Shown here: positions 47,431 through 57,076 of the stretch, piece after piece
How positions within the stretch are numbered: the stretch's first letter is position 1
Layout: each line of letters begins with the position of its first letter
Source of the DNA: an uncultured Gammaproteobacteria bacterium
GTDB taxonomy: Bacteria > Patescibacteriota > Microgenomatia > UBA8517
Direction: 5' to 3'
Length of the DNA: 64,000 nucleotides
Assembly (NCBI GenBank): GCA_964645605.1
Contig: CAZYCE010000001.1
Coordinates: 128,063 to 192,062 of the forward strand
Program-made: the position numbers and the translations under genes
The notes under the pieces: model-generated
What the model saw: only the letters and a program-made list of their open reading frames with translations
What the model was told of the DNA's origin: nothing
The model's database searches: none

Positions 47431-47720
47431 TGGATCCAAATCAAACTAATCAAAACCCGGCACCGGTAGGTGATGGCGGCATGGGAATGCCGGTAACTGA
47501 TCCTAACGTAGGGGTACAGGTTCCGCCAGTTAGTGAACCAACAATGCCTACTCCTCCGGCAACACCGGTCGAGCCAGTGGCCACACCAACCCCTGAACCT
47601 ATGCCGGAATCTACACCGACACCGGAACAGCCGATTGCACCGGTTGAGCCTGGAGTACCTCAGGGCGGAGATATGGGTGGAGGACAAATGCCTCCCACCA
47701 CGCCTCCTCCTGCAGTGTAA
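47430..47720 (+). CDS. Pro/Thr-rich low-complexity hypothetical protein
   Basis: TAATG overlap with trxA, GGGGGTGA SD, 96 aa predicted disordered. Confidence 0.65.
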   Translation: MDPNQTNQNPAPVGDGGMGMPVTDPNVGVQVPPVSEPTMPTPPATPVEPVATPTPEPMPESTPTPEQPIAPVEPGVPQGGDMGGGQMPPTTPPPAV

Positions 47721-47813
47721 GTTTGTAAGTTGAGTAATTTTTAGTCATTCGGTTTTCGGTTTGTCAGTATTTACTGTTAAACTGATGACCGATTGGCTGT
47801 TTCAAAAAATAAT

Positions 47814-48773
47814 ATGGAAGAAGCAATTATTGCATCGAAACCCGGTAACCCTCAAGGTCCTTGGGATGTTGCCGTTATCGGCTCCGGTCCTGCGGGATTT
47901 ACCGCTGCCGTCTATACGACACGCGGAGCAGCCTCAACACTTATTTTAGGTGGGGAAGTATGGGGAGGGCAGTTGATGCTTACAACAACTGTAGATAATT
48001 TTCCCGGTTTTCCCGAAGGCATTATGGGTCCCGATTTAATGGAAAATATGAAAAAGCAGGCTACGAGGTTTGGTGCCGAGTTTGTGGGTGTGAACGTTGA
48101 ATCTGTAGATGTCACGAAAAGACCGTTTGAGATCAAAGCGGGTGGCAAAACTTATTTTGCAAGATCCATTATTATCGCAACGGGAGCCCGAACCATTTGG
48201 CTTGACGCACCCGGAATTAAGGAACTCATTGGCAAGGGAGTATCGTCGTGTGCTCCGTGCGATGCGCCCTTCTTCCGAGGTAAAAAAGTGGCAGTTGTGG
48301 GAGGGGGAGACTCAGCGATGGAGGAAGCCTCGGTTTTAACTAAATACGCCAGTGAGGTAACCATAATCCATAGGCGTGATACTTTCAAAGCCTCCGCTGC
48401 AATGCAGGAGAAGGTGGTTAATGATCCCAAAATCAAGAAAATGTGGAATTCGGAAGTTGTAAAGGCAATAGGGGAGGCAAAACTTGAAAAATTGGTCATT
48501 AAAAACAACAAATCAGGAGAAACATCCGAGGTGCCGTTTGACGGGGTCTTTATTGCAATAGGCCATAAACCTGCGAGTGATATGTTTGAAGGTATTGATA
48601 GAGACGAAAGGGGCTACATAAATCAGGCAAATTGGCATTGTGGTACAAATATCAAAGGGATTTTTGTTGCGGGGGATGTTGCCGATAAACATTTTAAACA
48701 AGCAATTGTTGCTTCTGGCATGGGATGTATAGCAGCTATGGAAGCATTGAAGTTCCTGGAAGAACTTAAATAA
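47814..48773 (+). CDS. trxB: Thioredoxin reductase
   Basis: GSGPAG, CAPC, GGGDSA, HRRD and AGD motifs. Confidence 0.96.
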   Translation: MEEAIIASKPGNPQGPWDVAVIGSGPAGFTAAVYTTRGAASTLILGGEVWGGQLMLTTTVDNFPGFPEGIMGPDLMENMKKQATRFGAEFVGVNVESVDVTKRPFEIKAGGKTYFARSIIIATGARTIWLDAPGIKELIGKGVSSCAPCDAPFFRGKKVAVVGGGDSAMEEASVLTKYASEVTIIHRRDTFKASAAMQEKVVNDPKIKKMWNSEVVKAIGEAKLEKLVIKNNKSGETSEVPFDGVFIAIGHKPASDMFEGIDRDERGYINQANWHCGTNIKGIFVAGDVADKHFKQAIVASGMGCIAAMEALKFLEELK

Positions 48774-48837
48774 TTTAGTAATACTAAAATGGTTTTTTTG
48801 GGTTGACAAGAACCATTTAAAAGTAGACAATGAACAC

Positions 48838-49665
48838 ATGCCAAAAAGGACTTCTGAAAAATCTGGATTTGACTTCAAACAGGCTTTTGTTCCGGCACTT
48901 GTTGTCGTCGCGATAGCTTTAGCTTTCTTCTCGGGAACTTTGTGGCAAAAAGTTCAAAGCCTTGAAAAAGGATCGGGAAATACAACTGGAGGGACCGCGA
49001 CGGATGCTACCGGAACGACACAGCCTACAGTTTCTTTGGACACAATTAAAGATGTCTTTGCCAAAGACGTCATCAAATTTGGCGACGCAAACAGCAAAGT
49101 GCTCTTTGTTGAGCTGGCAGATCCCAGCTGTCCTTACTGTCAAATAGCCGATGGATTTAATCCCACACTTGCGGCTTCAGCTGATACTCAAGGAAATAGG
49201 TTTAAATACGTTTCGGCGGGAGGAGGCTACGTTCCTCCCGTAATTGAAATGAAAAAGCTTGTGGATGCGGGAAAAGCTTCATATGCCTATATTTATTATC
49301 CAGGGCATGGAAATGGAGAAATGGGAATGAAAGCGCTTTACTGTGCCAACGATCAGGGCAGATTTTGGGAAGCAAGAGCTCTTATCATGAACAATGCAGG
49401 ATATGAGCTTATGAACACAACGGTACAGAATGACAAAACCAAATCACAAGCTGTGGCCGATTTTCTAAGATCGGCAGTTGACGCGACGGCACTTAAAGAA
49501 TGTCTTGATAGCGGTAAATATGATGCAAGACTCCAGTCTGATCAAGAGCTGGCAACAAGCCTTGGCATCCAGGGAACGCCGAGCTTCTATGTTAATGATG
49601 CCAATTTCGGCGGTGCCTATAGCTACACCGACATGCAGTCGGTGGTAGATGCTGCTTTAGAATAA
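48838..49665 (+). CDS. DsbA-like thioredoxin-fold membrane-anchored protein
   Basis: TM, DPSCPYC and GIQGTPSF motifs. Confidence 0.88.
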   Translation: MPKRTSEKSGFDFKQAFVPALVVVAIALAFFSGTLWQKVQSLEKGSGNTTGGTATDATGTTQPTVSLDTIKDVFAKDVIKFGDANSKVLFVELADPSCPYCQIADGFNPTLAASADTQGNRFKYVSAGGGYVPPVIEMKKLVDAGKASYAYIYYPGHGNGEMGMKALYCANDQGRFWEARALIMNNAGYELMNTTVQNDKTKSQAVADFLRSAVDATALKECLDSGKYDARLQSDQELATSLGIQGTPSFYVNDANFGGAYSYTDMQSVVDAALE

Positions 49666-49669
49666 CTTA

Positions 49670-50488
49670 ATGATTAAGCAAGGAAGCAAGATTGATGAAG
49701 CTTCTACTTCTCAAGTAAAAATCAATGTTCAAACCCGTGGAAACGTTTTATTGGAAAAAGTTTTAGGGAGAGTCAACTCCAATAGAGAATTAAAAACACT
49801 TTGGAGGGTTATGAATGTTAACGCCATTGAACGTTTAGGCTATACCGATCACGGGCCGATGCATTTCAGTATAGTAGCCAATTACGGCCTTCAGATTGCT
49901 AGAATATTTGAGGATAAGAAGATAGCTTTTTCGATAGTCAAGGATTTTGGTTTGACCGATAAACATGCGGAAGTGGTAATATTTTTAGCCGCGATCATGC
50001 ACGATTTGGGCATGAGCATCCATAGGGTCAACCATGAAATGTTCAGCCTTTTTATTGCACGCGACTTTTTGAAGGACATTCTGGATTTCATGCCGATAGA
50101 AGAACAGACGGTGGTTATTTCGGAAACTTTGCATGCAATAATCAGCCACAGCCACGGAAGCGCCGGACAAACCTCTACAATTGAGGGTGGAATTGTGAGA
50201 ATTGCCGACGCACTTGATATGAGTAAGGGCAGAAGCAGAATTCCTTACAGAATGGGAAAGATTGATATTCACTCGGTCTCCGCAAACGCAATTGAAAGTG
50301 TAGTGGTTTCTGAAGGAACCGATAAGCCCGTTGTAATTAAAATAATTATGACGACCGAGGCTGGAGTTTTCCAAGTAGATGATTTCATTGAGGAAAAACT
50401 TGAAGCTTCGGGACTTGCCAAATATATAGACGTTAAGTCATTTTTGAAGGAACACGGACACGAGAGAATTTATAAAAACTACAATTAG
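49670..50488 (+). CDS. HD-domain phosphohydrolase
   Basis: DHG..H, HDLG and ADALD motifs. Confidence 0.9.
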   Translation: MIKQGSKIDEASTSQVKINVQTRGNVLLEKVLGRVNSNRELKTLWRVMNVNAIERLGYTDHGPMHFSIVANYGLQIARIFEDKKIAFSIVKDFGLTDKHAEVVIFLAAIMHDLGMSIHRVNHEMFSLFIARDFLKDILDFMPIEEQTVVISETLHAIISHSHGSAGQTSTIEGGIVRIADALDMSKGRSRIPYRMGKIDIHSVSANAIESVVVSEGTDKPVVIKIIMTTEAGVFQVDDFIEEKLEASGLAKYIDVKSFLKEHGHERIYKNYN

Positions 50489-51018
50489 GCCGACTCCATG
50501 ACTTTATAGGCTACAATTGCTGCCGTACCCCAGACATTCAGGGATTTATTGACGCCGAACATTGGAAGCTCAACAATAACATCTGCCATACGTAATACCT
50601 CTTTTGAAACTCCGTTGGTTTCGTTTCCCACAACAATTGCCACTGGAAAATTGTTTATTGCTAATTGCTTATAGCTAATTGATTTGGGGGACTGTTCAAC
50701 AGCGATAATTTGGACGCCATTTTTTTTTAACTCTTTAACAATATCAACTGCATTTTCTTTTTTCTCCCATGGAACCCACTCTTCGGTGCCAACGGCAGCT
50801 TTATGAATTCTGCTGTTTGGAGGGTACTCTGAGTCGCCACAAATGAACATTTTCTCGGCAGCAATTGCGTCAGAAAGACGGAACAAAGAACCAATATTGT
50901 AGGTATCTATTACTCGATCTAAAACAATGTAAATACAGTTTCTTTTAATAGTCGCAAAAGTTTCCGGTGTGGGACGAGTTTTCCTCAAATCCTTGGCGCC
51001 AAGTTTATATTTTTCCAT
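50485..51018 (-). CDS. TrmH/SpoU-family RNA methyltransferase
   Basis: NIGSLFR, VGNE..G and LPMFG..SLNV motifs. Confidence 0.92.
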   Translation of the reverse strand: MEKYKLGAKDLRKTRPTPETFATIKRNCIYIVLDRVIDTYNIGSLFRLSDAIAAEKMFICGDSEYPPNSRIHKAAVGTEEWVPWEKKENAVDIVKELKKNGVQIIAVEQSPKSISYKQLAINNFPVAIVVGNETNGVSKEVLRMADVIVELPMFGVNKSLNVWGTAAIVAYKVMESA

Positions 51019-51080
51019 AATTTGGATTATATCAAATCTTTTGACTTTCAGACCGGAAACCACTACTATTTGTTCTATAA

Positions 51081-52682
51081 ATGACAGGTTTAAATAAAAA
51101 TGGCCGGGATTTAGTAGAGGGTGTCAACTATACAGTTAGAAAATTTGAATCATCCGAAGAAACAATTAACACTCCCCGCCAGCTTTTGGCTGTTGCTTAT
51201 GAATCCGCCAGAAATGCGGTTGAGTTTAGGAGTGATCACCTAATACGACAGGCTGCAATTGTCAGAATACTAAGGCGCCGCCTGTTTCTTAAGCAGTCAA
51301 GCAATGAAGTAGCTTCATTACTTATTAAAGAACTTATTTGGGCAAAATATCTTAAAAATAATTCTGTGCCTGTCAGTAAGATTGCTGAGGTCGAAAATAT
51401 AATAGATAAATACAAAATTGCGTTTGATGTCATCAAAGAGAAAAGAAAAGCAATACGAAGATCGAAAGAAGATTTAGATAGAGAAAAAAGCATGTTTAAC
51501 TGGCTTCTGGATTTGGCAGGATGCGAGATAGAGGAACATCTTGTATTTAATCCTTTTCCGCAACTCCTTATCAATTTTACTACAGAGAGTTTACAGCCAC
51601 GAATTAATATTGTTGGAAATAACGACGAAAGGCTTAAAGATGTTCAAGTTTATATTGCAGTTGAACGCGTCTTTGCTAAGAATAGTGAAATTTTTATAAC
51701 TTATCACCTTCTAAAAGGTTTCTATCCAAAATGGTTCGAGCTTAAGTCTGAGGAGACAAAAGAGGCATTTCCTAAGCTTTTGGAAGCAAAACTTTCAATT
51801 GATTCAGATCTTAAAAACCCAATTGGAAATACTATAAAAAAGCAGGTCTCAAAGATGGTGGCGCCTTTCAATGTTCTAAGGGAATCGGTAATAAGAAATC
51901 CAAAAGATTTTGTTGAAAAGATCAATAAAGAGGAAGAGTTTGATTCTTTTATTAAATCTTTACTTACCGAGCTTTATTCGGAAAATCGAAAAAAATCTAC
52001 AAAGGCAATGGTCAGAAGTATTATTTATATTTTTTTAACAAAGATGATCTTGGGTGTGGCATTGGAACTTCCATACGATATTTTAATTGGCAGGACTAAT
52101 TATACCGCGCTAGGCATTAATCTTGTTTTTCCGCCCCTTTTGATGTTTCTTCTAAATGCGAGAATAGCAACCCCCGATGACGAAAATACGTCAATGATTT
52201 TAAGTAAAATTAAAGAATATTTATTCTCGGAAAAAACCGGAATGGCTGTCAATGTGGGGGAGAAGGAGAAGCCCAGAGGAGTTGCGTATAAAATACTTTC
52301 GTTTTTCTATGCAATTTTCTTTATAGGTATTTTTGCAGGTATAAATTATGTTTTAACCATGCTTGATTTTAATATTGTCAGCAAGATTATTTTCGTGTTC
52401 TTTGTTTGTGTAGTTTCATTCTTTGCTTATAGAGTTAAAAAGTTGTCTAAAGATTACGTTTATCAAGAATACAAGGAAGGTTTGCTTTCGTCGTTTGTTG
52501 ATTTTATTTTTCTACCAATTTTAAAGGTGGGGCAATGGCTTTCAACAGAAGTTGCCAAATTGAATTTCCTGGGACTGATTTTTGATTTTATAATCGAGGC
52601 TCCTCTGAAAGCTTTTCTCGAATCTATAGAAGAGTGGGTCCGTTTTGTGAGAGCTAAGAAAGAAGAAATTTTTGCAGAATAA
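51081..52682 (+). CDS. Hypothetical membrane protein (533 aa, C-terminal TM helices)
   Basis: Long ORF with coding-like composition. Confidence 0.8.
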   Translation: MTGLNKNGRDLVEGVNYTVRKFESSEETINTPRQLLAVAYESARNAVEFRSDHLIRQAAIVRILRRRLFLKQSSNEVASLLIKELIWAKYLKNNSVPVSKIAEVENIIDKYKIAFDVIKEKRKAIRRSKEDLDREKSMFNWLLDLAGCEIEEHLVFNPFPQLLINFTTESLQPRINIVGNNDERLKDVQVYIAVERVFAKNSEIFITYHLLKGFYPKWFELKSEETKEAFPKLLEAKLSIDSDLKNPIGNTIKKQVSKMVAPFNVLRESVIRNPKDFVEKINKEEEFDSFIKSLLTELYSENRKKSTKAMVRSIIYIFLTKMILGVALELPYDILIGRTNYTALGINLVFPPLLMFLLNARIATPDDENTSMILSKIKEYLFSEKTGMAVNVGEKEKPRGVAYKILSFFYAIFFIGIFAGINYVLTMLDFNIVSKIIFVFFVCVVSFFAYRVKKLSKDYVYQEYKEGLLSSFVDFIFLPILKVGQWLSTEVAKLNFLGLIFDFIIEAPLKAFLESIEEWVRFVRAKKEEIFAE

Positions 52683-52716
52683 AATCCTGTATTACTCCTG
52701 CTTCCCAAAACAAATA

Positions 52717-52810
52717 TCTCCAATCCATCGATGGATTGGAGAAGAGGGTGGGAGAGAAAGTAATCATTGGACAATTTAGGCACAATATACAGGATCGGGT
52801 CTTGTATGTA
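52717..52810. repeat. Dispersed ~95-bp hairpin repeat, copy 1
   Basis: 26-bp perfect palindrome TCTCCAATCCATCGATGGATTGGAGA plus a second hairpin; clearly homologous to 63578-63671. Confidence 0.85.
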
Positions 52811-52950
52811 CCACAGGGTGGCTTCAACGGAGATTAGGTAACAATGAATTTCAGAAGCATATTCAGATGGGATTTGTGACAGAAACGACGATTCCGGGTA
52901 GCAACTGAGCTTGGTGTGGGGTATAATACTGAGGTAATTTGTAAGTTTTT

Positions 52951-52969
52951 GGGCCCTTAGCTCAATGGT
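52951..52969 (+). repeat. 19-bp direct copy of the tRNA-Lys 5' end
   Basis: GGGCCCTTAGCTCAATGGT, identical to 53037-53055. Confidence 0.9.
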
Positions 52970-53036
52970 GGCGCTACGCTTCACCTTCGGTGTAAGAACA
53001 GCTAGCCATTTTTCTAAGATGCCCACTATTGCTCAG

Positions 53037-53108
53037 GGGCCCTTAGCTCAATGGTAGAGCAATTCCCTTTTAAGGAAGCGGTTCTGGGTTCGAGTCCCAG
53101 AGGGCTCA
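53037..53108 (+). tRNA. tRNA-Lys(TTT)
   Basis: GGGCCCT/AGGGCTC acceptor, TTCC-CT TTT AA-GGAA, CTGGG-TTCGAGT-CCCAG. Confidence 0.93.
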
Positions 53109-53112
53109 CTTA

Positions 53113-53185
53113 GGCCTCATCGTCTAGCGGTCTAGGACATCAGGTTTTCAGCCTGATTACCTGGGTTCGAGTCCCAGTGAGGTCA
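53113..53185 (+). tRNA. tRNA-Glu(TTC)
   Basis: GGCCTCA/TGAGGTC acceptor, TCAGG-TT TTC AG-CCTGA, T arm. Confidence 0.93.
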
Positions 53186-53363
53186 CACGCGTTCCTTTGA
53201 AAAAATTTGTGAAATTTCCGCCTCGATTCCAAGGACCGTCCGTTCTCCTTTTCTAATATCTAACCGCCGTCTTATTACCTCATCCGAGACGGGGTATTAG
53301 ATATGACTTGCCCGGATGAAATTATCAAGGCCGATAATCGAAGTATTATGATTTAACTAATTA

Positions 53364-54055
53364 ATGATTATTAGAGGTTCGGTAAGAAGAAAAAACACGG
53401 AGGTGTTTAAAAAAGTAATTGAGCTTAGAAAAAAGGTTATAGTTATACCGAAATTAGAGAAGAAACAGGGATGGGGCAAAATCAACAATAAATAACTGGC
53501 TTACCTTAGTGGGTTTAACTCCGTCTAGAGATCATTTATAAATTCAGGCAAAAAAGAGTGGAGAGTAATGTTGTAGCAACTGAAGCCTCAAAAATAACTC
53601 GGGCAAAAGGAAGGGATGAGGAAATTCAAAATTTCATTCAGAAAAACAAGGTGTACTTTAATGATCCACTTTTTGTGACAGGAGTTTATATGAGGCCGAA
53701 GGTTCAAAAGGGGGTAGTAATAATTTTTCGAATTCAGATTTTAGCGTAATAAACGCATATGTCAAATTTGTCGAAAAAATATTTTAATTTAGATAGAAAT
53801 AAAAATTTGGCTTTTAGGCTTTATACACATGAAGTATAGGCTGGAGATTTAAATTGCATCAAAAATTTTTGGCAAAAAAAGATATCAATCAGTAGGAACA
53901 TCATTTATATAAGCTGGAAGCACAATGTTGTTTCTCAAAAGCAAGAAAATTTGGACCATGTCGGTCAAATTAGCGTTAGTGTGCGCAGGGTAAAGCATTT
54001 CACTGGTAAAATGGTGGCAGTTTCAGATATAATTCTCTCAGTCTTTCAAAAATAA
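53364..54055 (+). pseudogene. Second decayed HTH + LAGLIDADG-like endonuclease gene, ending 3 nt before tRNA-Gln
   Basis: Fragments VIELRKK/GYSYTEI...KSTINNWL, DPLFVTGV/YEAEGSKG, FSNSD..VI..YVKF, FRLY.HE, KNFW and VGQISVSV; multiple frameshifts. Confidence 0.65.
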
Positions 54056-54058
54056 TAT

Positions 54059-54129
54059 TGCGGGGTCGTATAAGGGTAGTACAGAGGACTTTGGATCCTC
54101 TTATCTTGGTCCGAATCCAAGCCCCGCAG
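54059..54129 (+). tRNA. tRNA-Gln(TTG)
   Basis: TGCGGGG/CCCCGCA acceptor, GAGGA-CT TTG GA-TCCTC, CTTGG-TCCGAAT-CCAAG. Confidence 0.92.
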
Positions 54130-55012
54130 CTCACTTCTTGTATGTTATCAAATAATGGAAAATGTAGTTGCTTTTATTATTCCCGTCTTAGTCTTTTGTA
54201 TAAAAACCCACTGCAGTCTTCAGTATTTCTTGTTGTCATCTAACTTTTAAAAAACCGGAGTTTGAAAGTGTTTTTAATAATTATAATGGTGTGTTCAACT
54301 GTATCGATCGCTCTAAATGTGGAGCTTTTTTAGCCCCGATTTCTCTTTTAGTATTTAATCCTTTACGCGGTCGTTTTCAAGTTTCGCTTGGGGACAGAGA
54401 ATTATTAATAAAAACTTTTCATCGGGATTATTGGAAAACGTTTGAGTGGAAGTTCCGATCCGAAGTAGCTTTTCCTGGTCCATTAAATCAACCGGCATTC
54501 TTAGATTCCATGCGTTCTTAATTAGTCTATCCGGTGCTCAGGTTAAAATAGTGTTAAACATTTCTCTCCTCATATTATACAAAAGTTGTGCAAATACAGG
54601 TCTTTATCCCGAAAATTTGGCAGAATGATTCTCTTGCCTGATCCCGTTTATTATTAAATTTTCCTTCTTTCCCGAAACTGTCACTTCCTTGATTTGGGGG
54701 TCAATACTCATTGCTGATGTTTATCAGATTCAGGAGATTTCCTGGCATATAACAGTAATTTATGGATTGTTCTGGAGGTGTAATTGTTTCAATCGGGAGT
54801 GATAGAACTGTTATTTTGCATGACAAATGAAACTTCACGGGAACCTCTTTAGCCGTATGTGAAGATTAATCTCTTAAGAGAGAGTTTGCTGGTGGGAAAT
54901 TAACACTACGAGTTTCCAATTTGTATTAAATTGAATTTGGGCAATTTTGATAAAAGAATATTATTTGGTATAATCTTCAAATACTAGCTCATCGATCGGT
55001 TAATATTTTGGA

Positions 55013-55180
55013 ATGGGAAAAGATCTTGGAGTGGAAAAAAATACTAAAAGTTACGGCCCATTTTTTGGTAAGCAGGAGTATTTTGAAACCTCTGTGAACG
55101 ACATTGTTTGTGAGGCTGGTGTCGGCAAGTTTACACTCTGTTATCATCTTGAGAGCTTGGAGATTTGGATTTAGTTAGTA
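55013..55180 (+). pseudogene. TetR-family regulator remnant
   Basis: Fragment AHFFGKQEYFETSVNDIVCEAGVGKFTLCYHL resembles the TetR HTH; frameshifted; upstream of an efflux operon. Confidence 0.55.
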
Positions 55181-55328
55181 AGAGGAAAGGGGCGAAAATT
55201 TCTTTTTGTCTTTTCGACATCTATCCTGGAATTTGTTTTTGGTTCACTGGTTCCAAAAAACATGAATTCAGAAGAATTATCAAAGCAATTGACAAAGACT
55301 TTATTAAACAACAAAGACCAAAGAGTTT

Positions 55329-56387
55329 ATGCTTAGAAAAATTACCAAATATATCAATTTGAAAAATATCAAGAAAAATAAAAAAATTGTGTTTTTCTTC
55401 GTCGTAACAGTTTCCCTTTTTGTATTATTTGGAAGAAATTTAATTACAAATGATGAAAATGGAGTAAAAAAGCAGAAAGTTACGCGAGGTAGCCTTAAAG
55501 CTACGGTGTCAGCATCAGGAGTTGTCGAAGGAGATAAACAAGCGAGCATTCATTTTCAGTCCCCCGGAAAAGTGTCATGGGTTGGTGTAACTGAGGGGGA
55601 GGAAGTTAAAAGAGGACAAGCATTGGCTAAACTTGATATGGTTCAGTTAAACAGTAGTCTTCAAATTTCTCTTTCAAATCTTCGGGCAGCAGAAGCAACT
55701 TTGGGGCGAGTCTATGATGGTGTCAAGGGTCATGATGGCGATGAATCATTTACCCAAAAAGAAACGAGAACATTAGCCGAAGCAGCCAAAGATAATGCAT
55801 ATGAATCCGTAATTAGTGCTCAACAAGCTTTGTCCAACTCGACTTTGATATCGCCTTTTAATGGGGTTGTGGTTTCAATCTCCGATAATATAACTCCTGG
55901 TGTAAATATTGCTTTGTCCGACACAATTGTAGTTGCCGACATCTCTCGGTTTAAATTTATTGCTCAGGTGGACGAAGTTGATTACGGAAAGATAACACTT
56001 GGACAAAAAGCAGAAATTTCCTTAGATGCATTTCCGGATGAAGTATTTGAAGGAAATGTTTCCTATATTGGCAAGTCGGGGGTTAAGACTGCAGGTGGAG
56101 GGGTGACTATTCCTATTGAGATTCATTTTGACGCAAAAGGAAATAATATGGTTGTCGGTTTAAGCGGAGACGTGGAGTTTATTGTAGAGGAAAAAAATAA
56201 CGTGCTGGTTGTTCCCAGGGAGTATGTCAAAAACAGCGGAGGTAATAGTTTTGTATATGTAATGAAAAATGGCAATCAGGAAGAAAGAACTGTGAAGACG
56301 GGTTTATCTACTTTGTCGCAAATAGAAATAATTGAAGGTTTGGAGGAAGGCGAAGAGGTGTTTTTACCCAAAAACAATAAAAAATGA
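55329..56387 (+). CDS. Efflux periplasmic adaptor (MacA/HlyD family)
   Basis: TM, VSASG, lipoyl halves (V.EGEEVKRGQ.LA, ISPFNGVV) and GLEEGEEV. Confidence 0.92.
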   Translation: MLRKITKYINLKNIKKNKKIVFFFVVTVSLFVLFGRNLITNDENGVKKQKVTRGSLKATVSASGVVEGDKQASIHFQSPGKVSWVGVTEGEEVKRGQALAKLDMVQLNSSLQISLSNLRAAEATLGRVYDGVKGHDGDESFTQKETRTLAEAAKDNAYESVISAQQALSNSTLISPFNGVVVSISDNITPGVNIALSDTIVVADISRFKFIAQVDEVDYGKITLGQKAEISLDAFPDEVFEGNVSYIGKSGVKTAGGGVTIPIEIHFDAKGNNMVVGLSGDVEFIVEEKNNVLVVPREYVKNSGGNSFVYVMKNGNQEERTVKTGLSTLSQIEIIEGLEEGEEVFLPKNNKK

Positions 56388-56390
56388 TCG

Positions 56391-57071
56391 ATGAAAATGA
56401 AAAAAAACATTCTTATTTTGGAAAATGTTTCCAAAATCTACAAAATGGACAGTATTTTAGTAAAAGCTTTAAACGGTGTTTCTTTAGCTATTGAAGAGGG
56501 TGAATTTGTGTCGGTAGTTGGTTCTTCAGGCAGCGGTAAATCTACTCTTATACATATCATGGGATGTCTTGACACACCGACTTCCGGAAAAGTGATTTTA
56601 GATCATCATGAAATAAGTAAACTGGGAGAAAGGGATTTGGCGCAAATTAGAAACAAAAAGATTGGTTTTGTTTTTCAACAATTTAATCTTCTAGCTCGTA
56701 CTTCAGCACTGGATAATGTTATTCTTCCCTTAATCTATAATGGCACGTCCGAGACGGAAATGCGTCAAAAGGCGATAGACGCTTTAAACAAAGTTGGCCT
56801 AGGGGATAGACTGGATCACCACCCCAATCAATTGTCGGGAGGCCAACAGCAAAGAGTAGCCATTGCTAGGGCATTAGTTACCAATCCGGCAATCATATTG
56901 GCGGATGAACCGACTGGCAATCTTGATTCAAAATCGGGTATTGAAATAATGGATATTTTTAAAAAGCTGCACGAACAAGGAAGAACTATAATTATAGTTA
57001 CTCATGATCAAAATATTGCCTCTCAAACTGAAAGAACAATTAAATTAAAAGATGGTTTGATCGTAGATTAA
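56391..57071 (+). CDS. MacB/LolD-type ABC transporter ATPase
   Basis: [16 protein letters not shown] and ADEPTGNLD motifs. Confidence 0.96.
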   Translation: MKMKKNILILENVSKIYKMDSILVKALNGVSLAIEEGEFVSVVGSSGSGKSTLIHIMGCLDTPTSGKVILDHHEISKLGERDLAQIRNKKIGFVFQQFNLLARTSALDNVILPLIYNGTSETEMRQKAIDALNKVGLGDRLDHHPNQLSGGQQQRVAIARALVTNPAIILADEPTGNLDSKSGIEIMDIFKKLHEQGRTIIIVTHDQNIASQTERTIKLKDGLIVD

Positions 57072-57076
57072 TCATA

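Noticed and set aside
52463-53026. 187-aa minus-strand ORF
   Set aside because: It overlaps a real gene, the dispersed repeat and the tRNA fragment, and has no recognisable motif.
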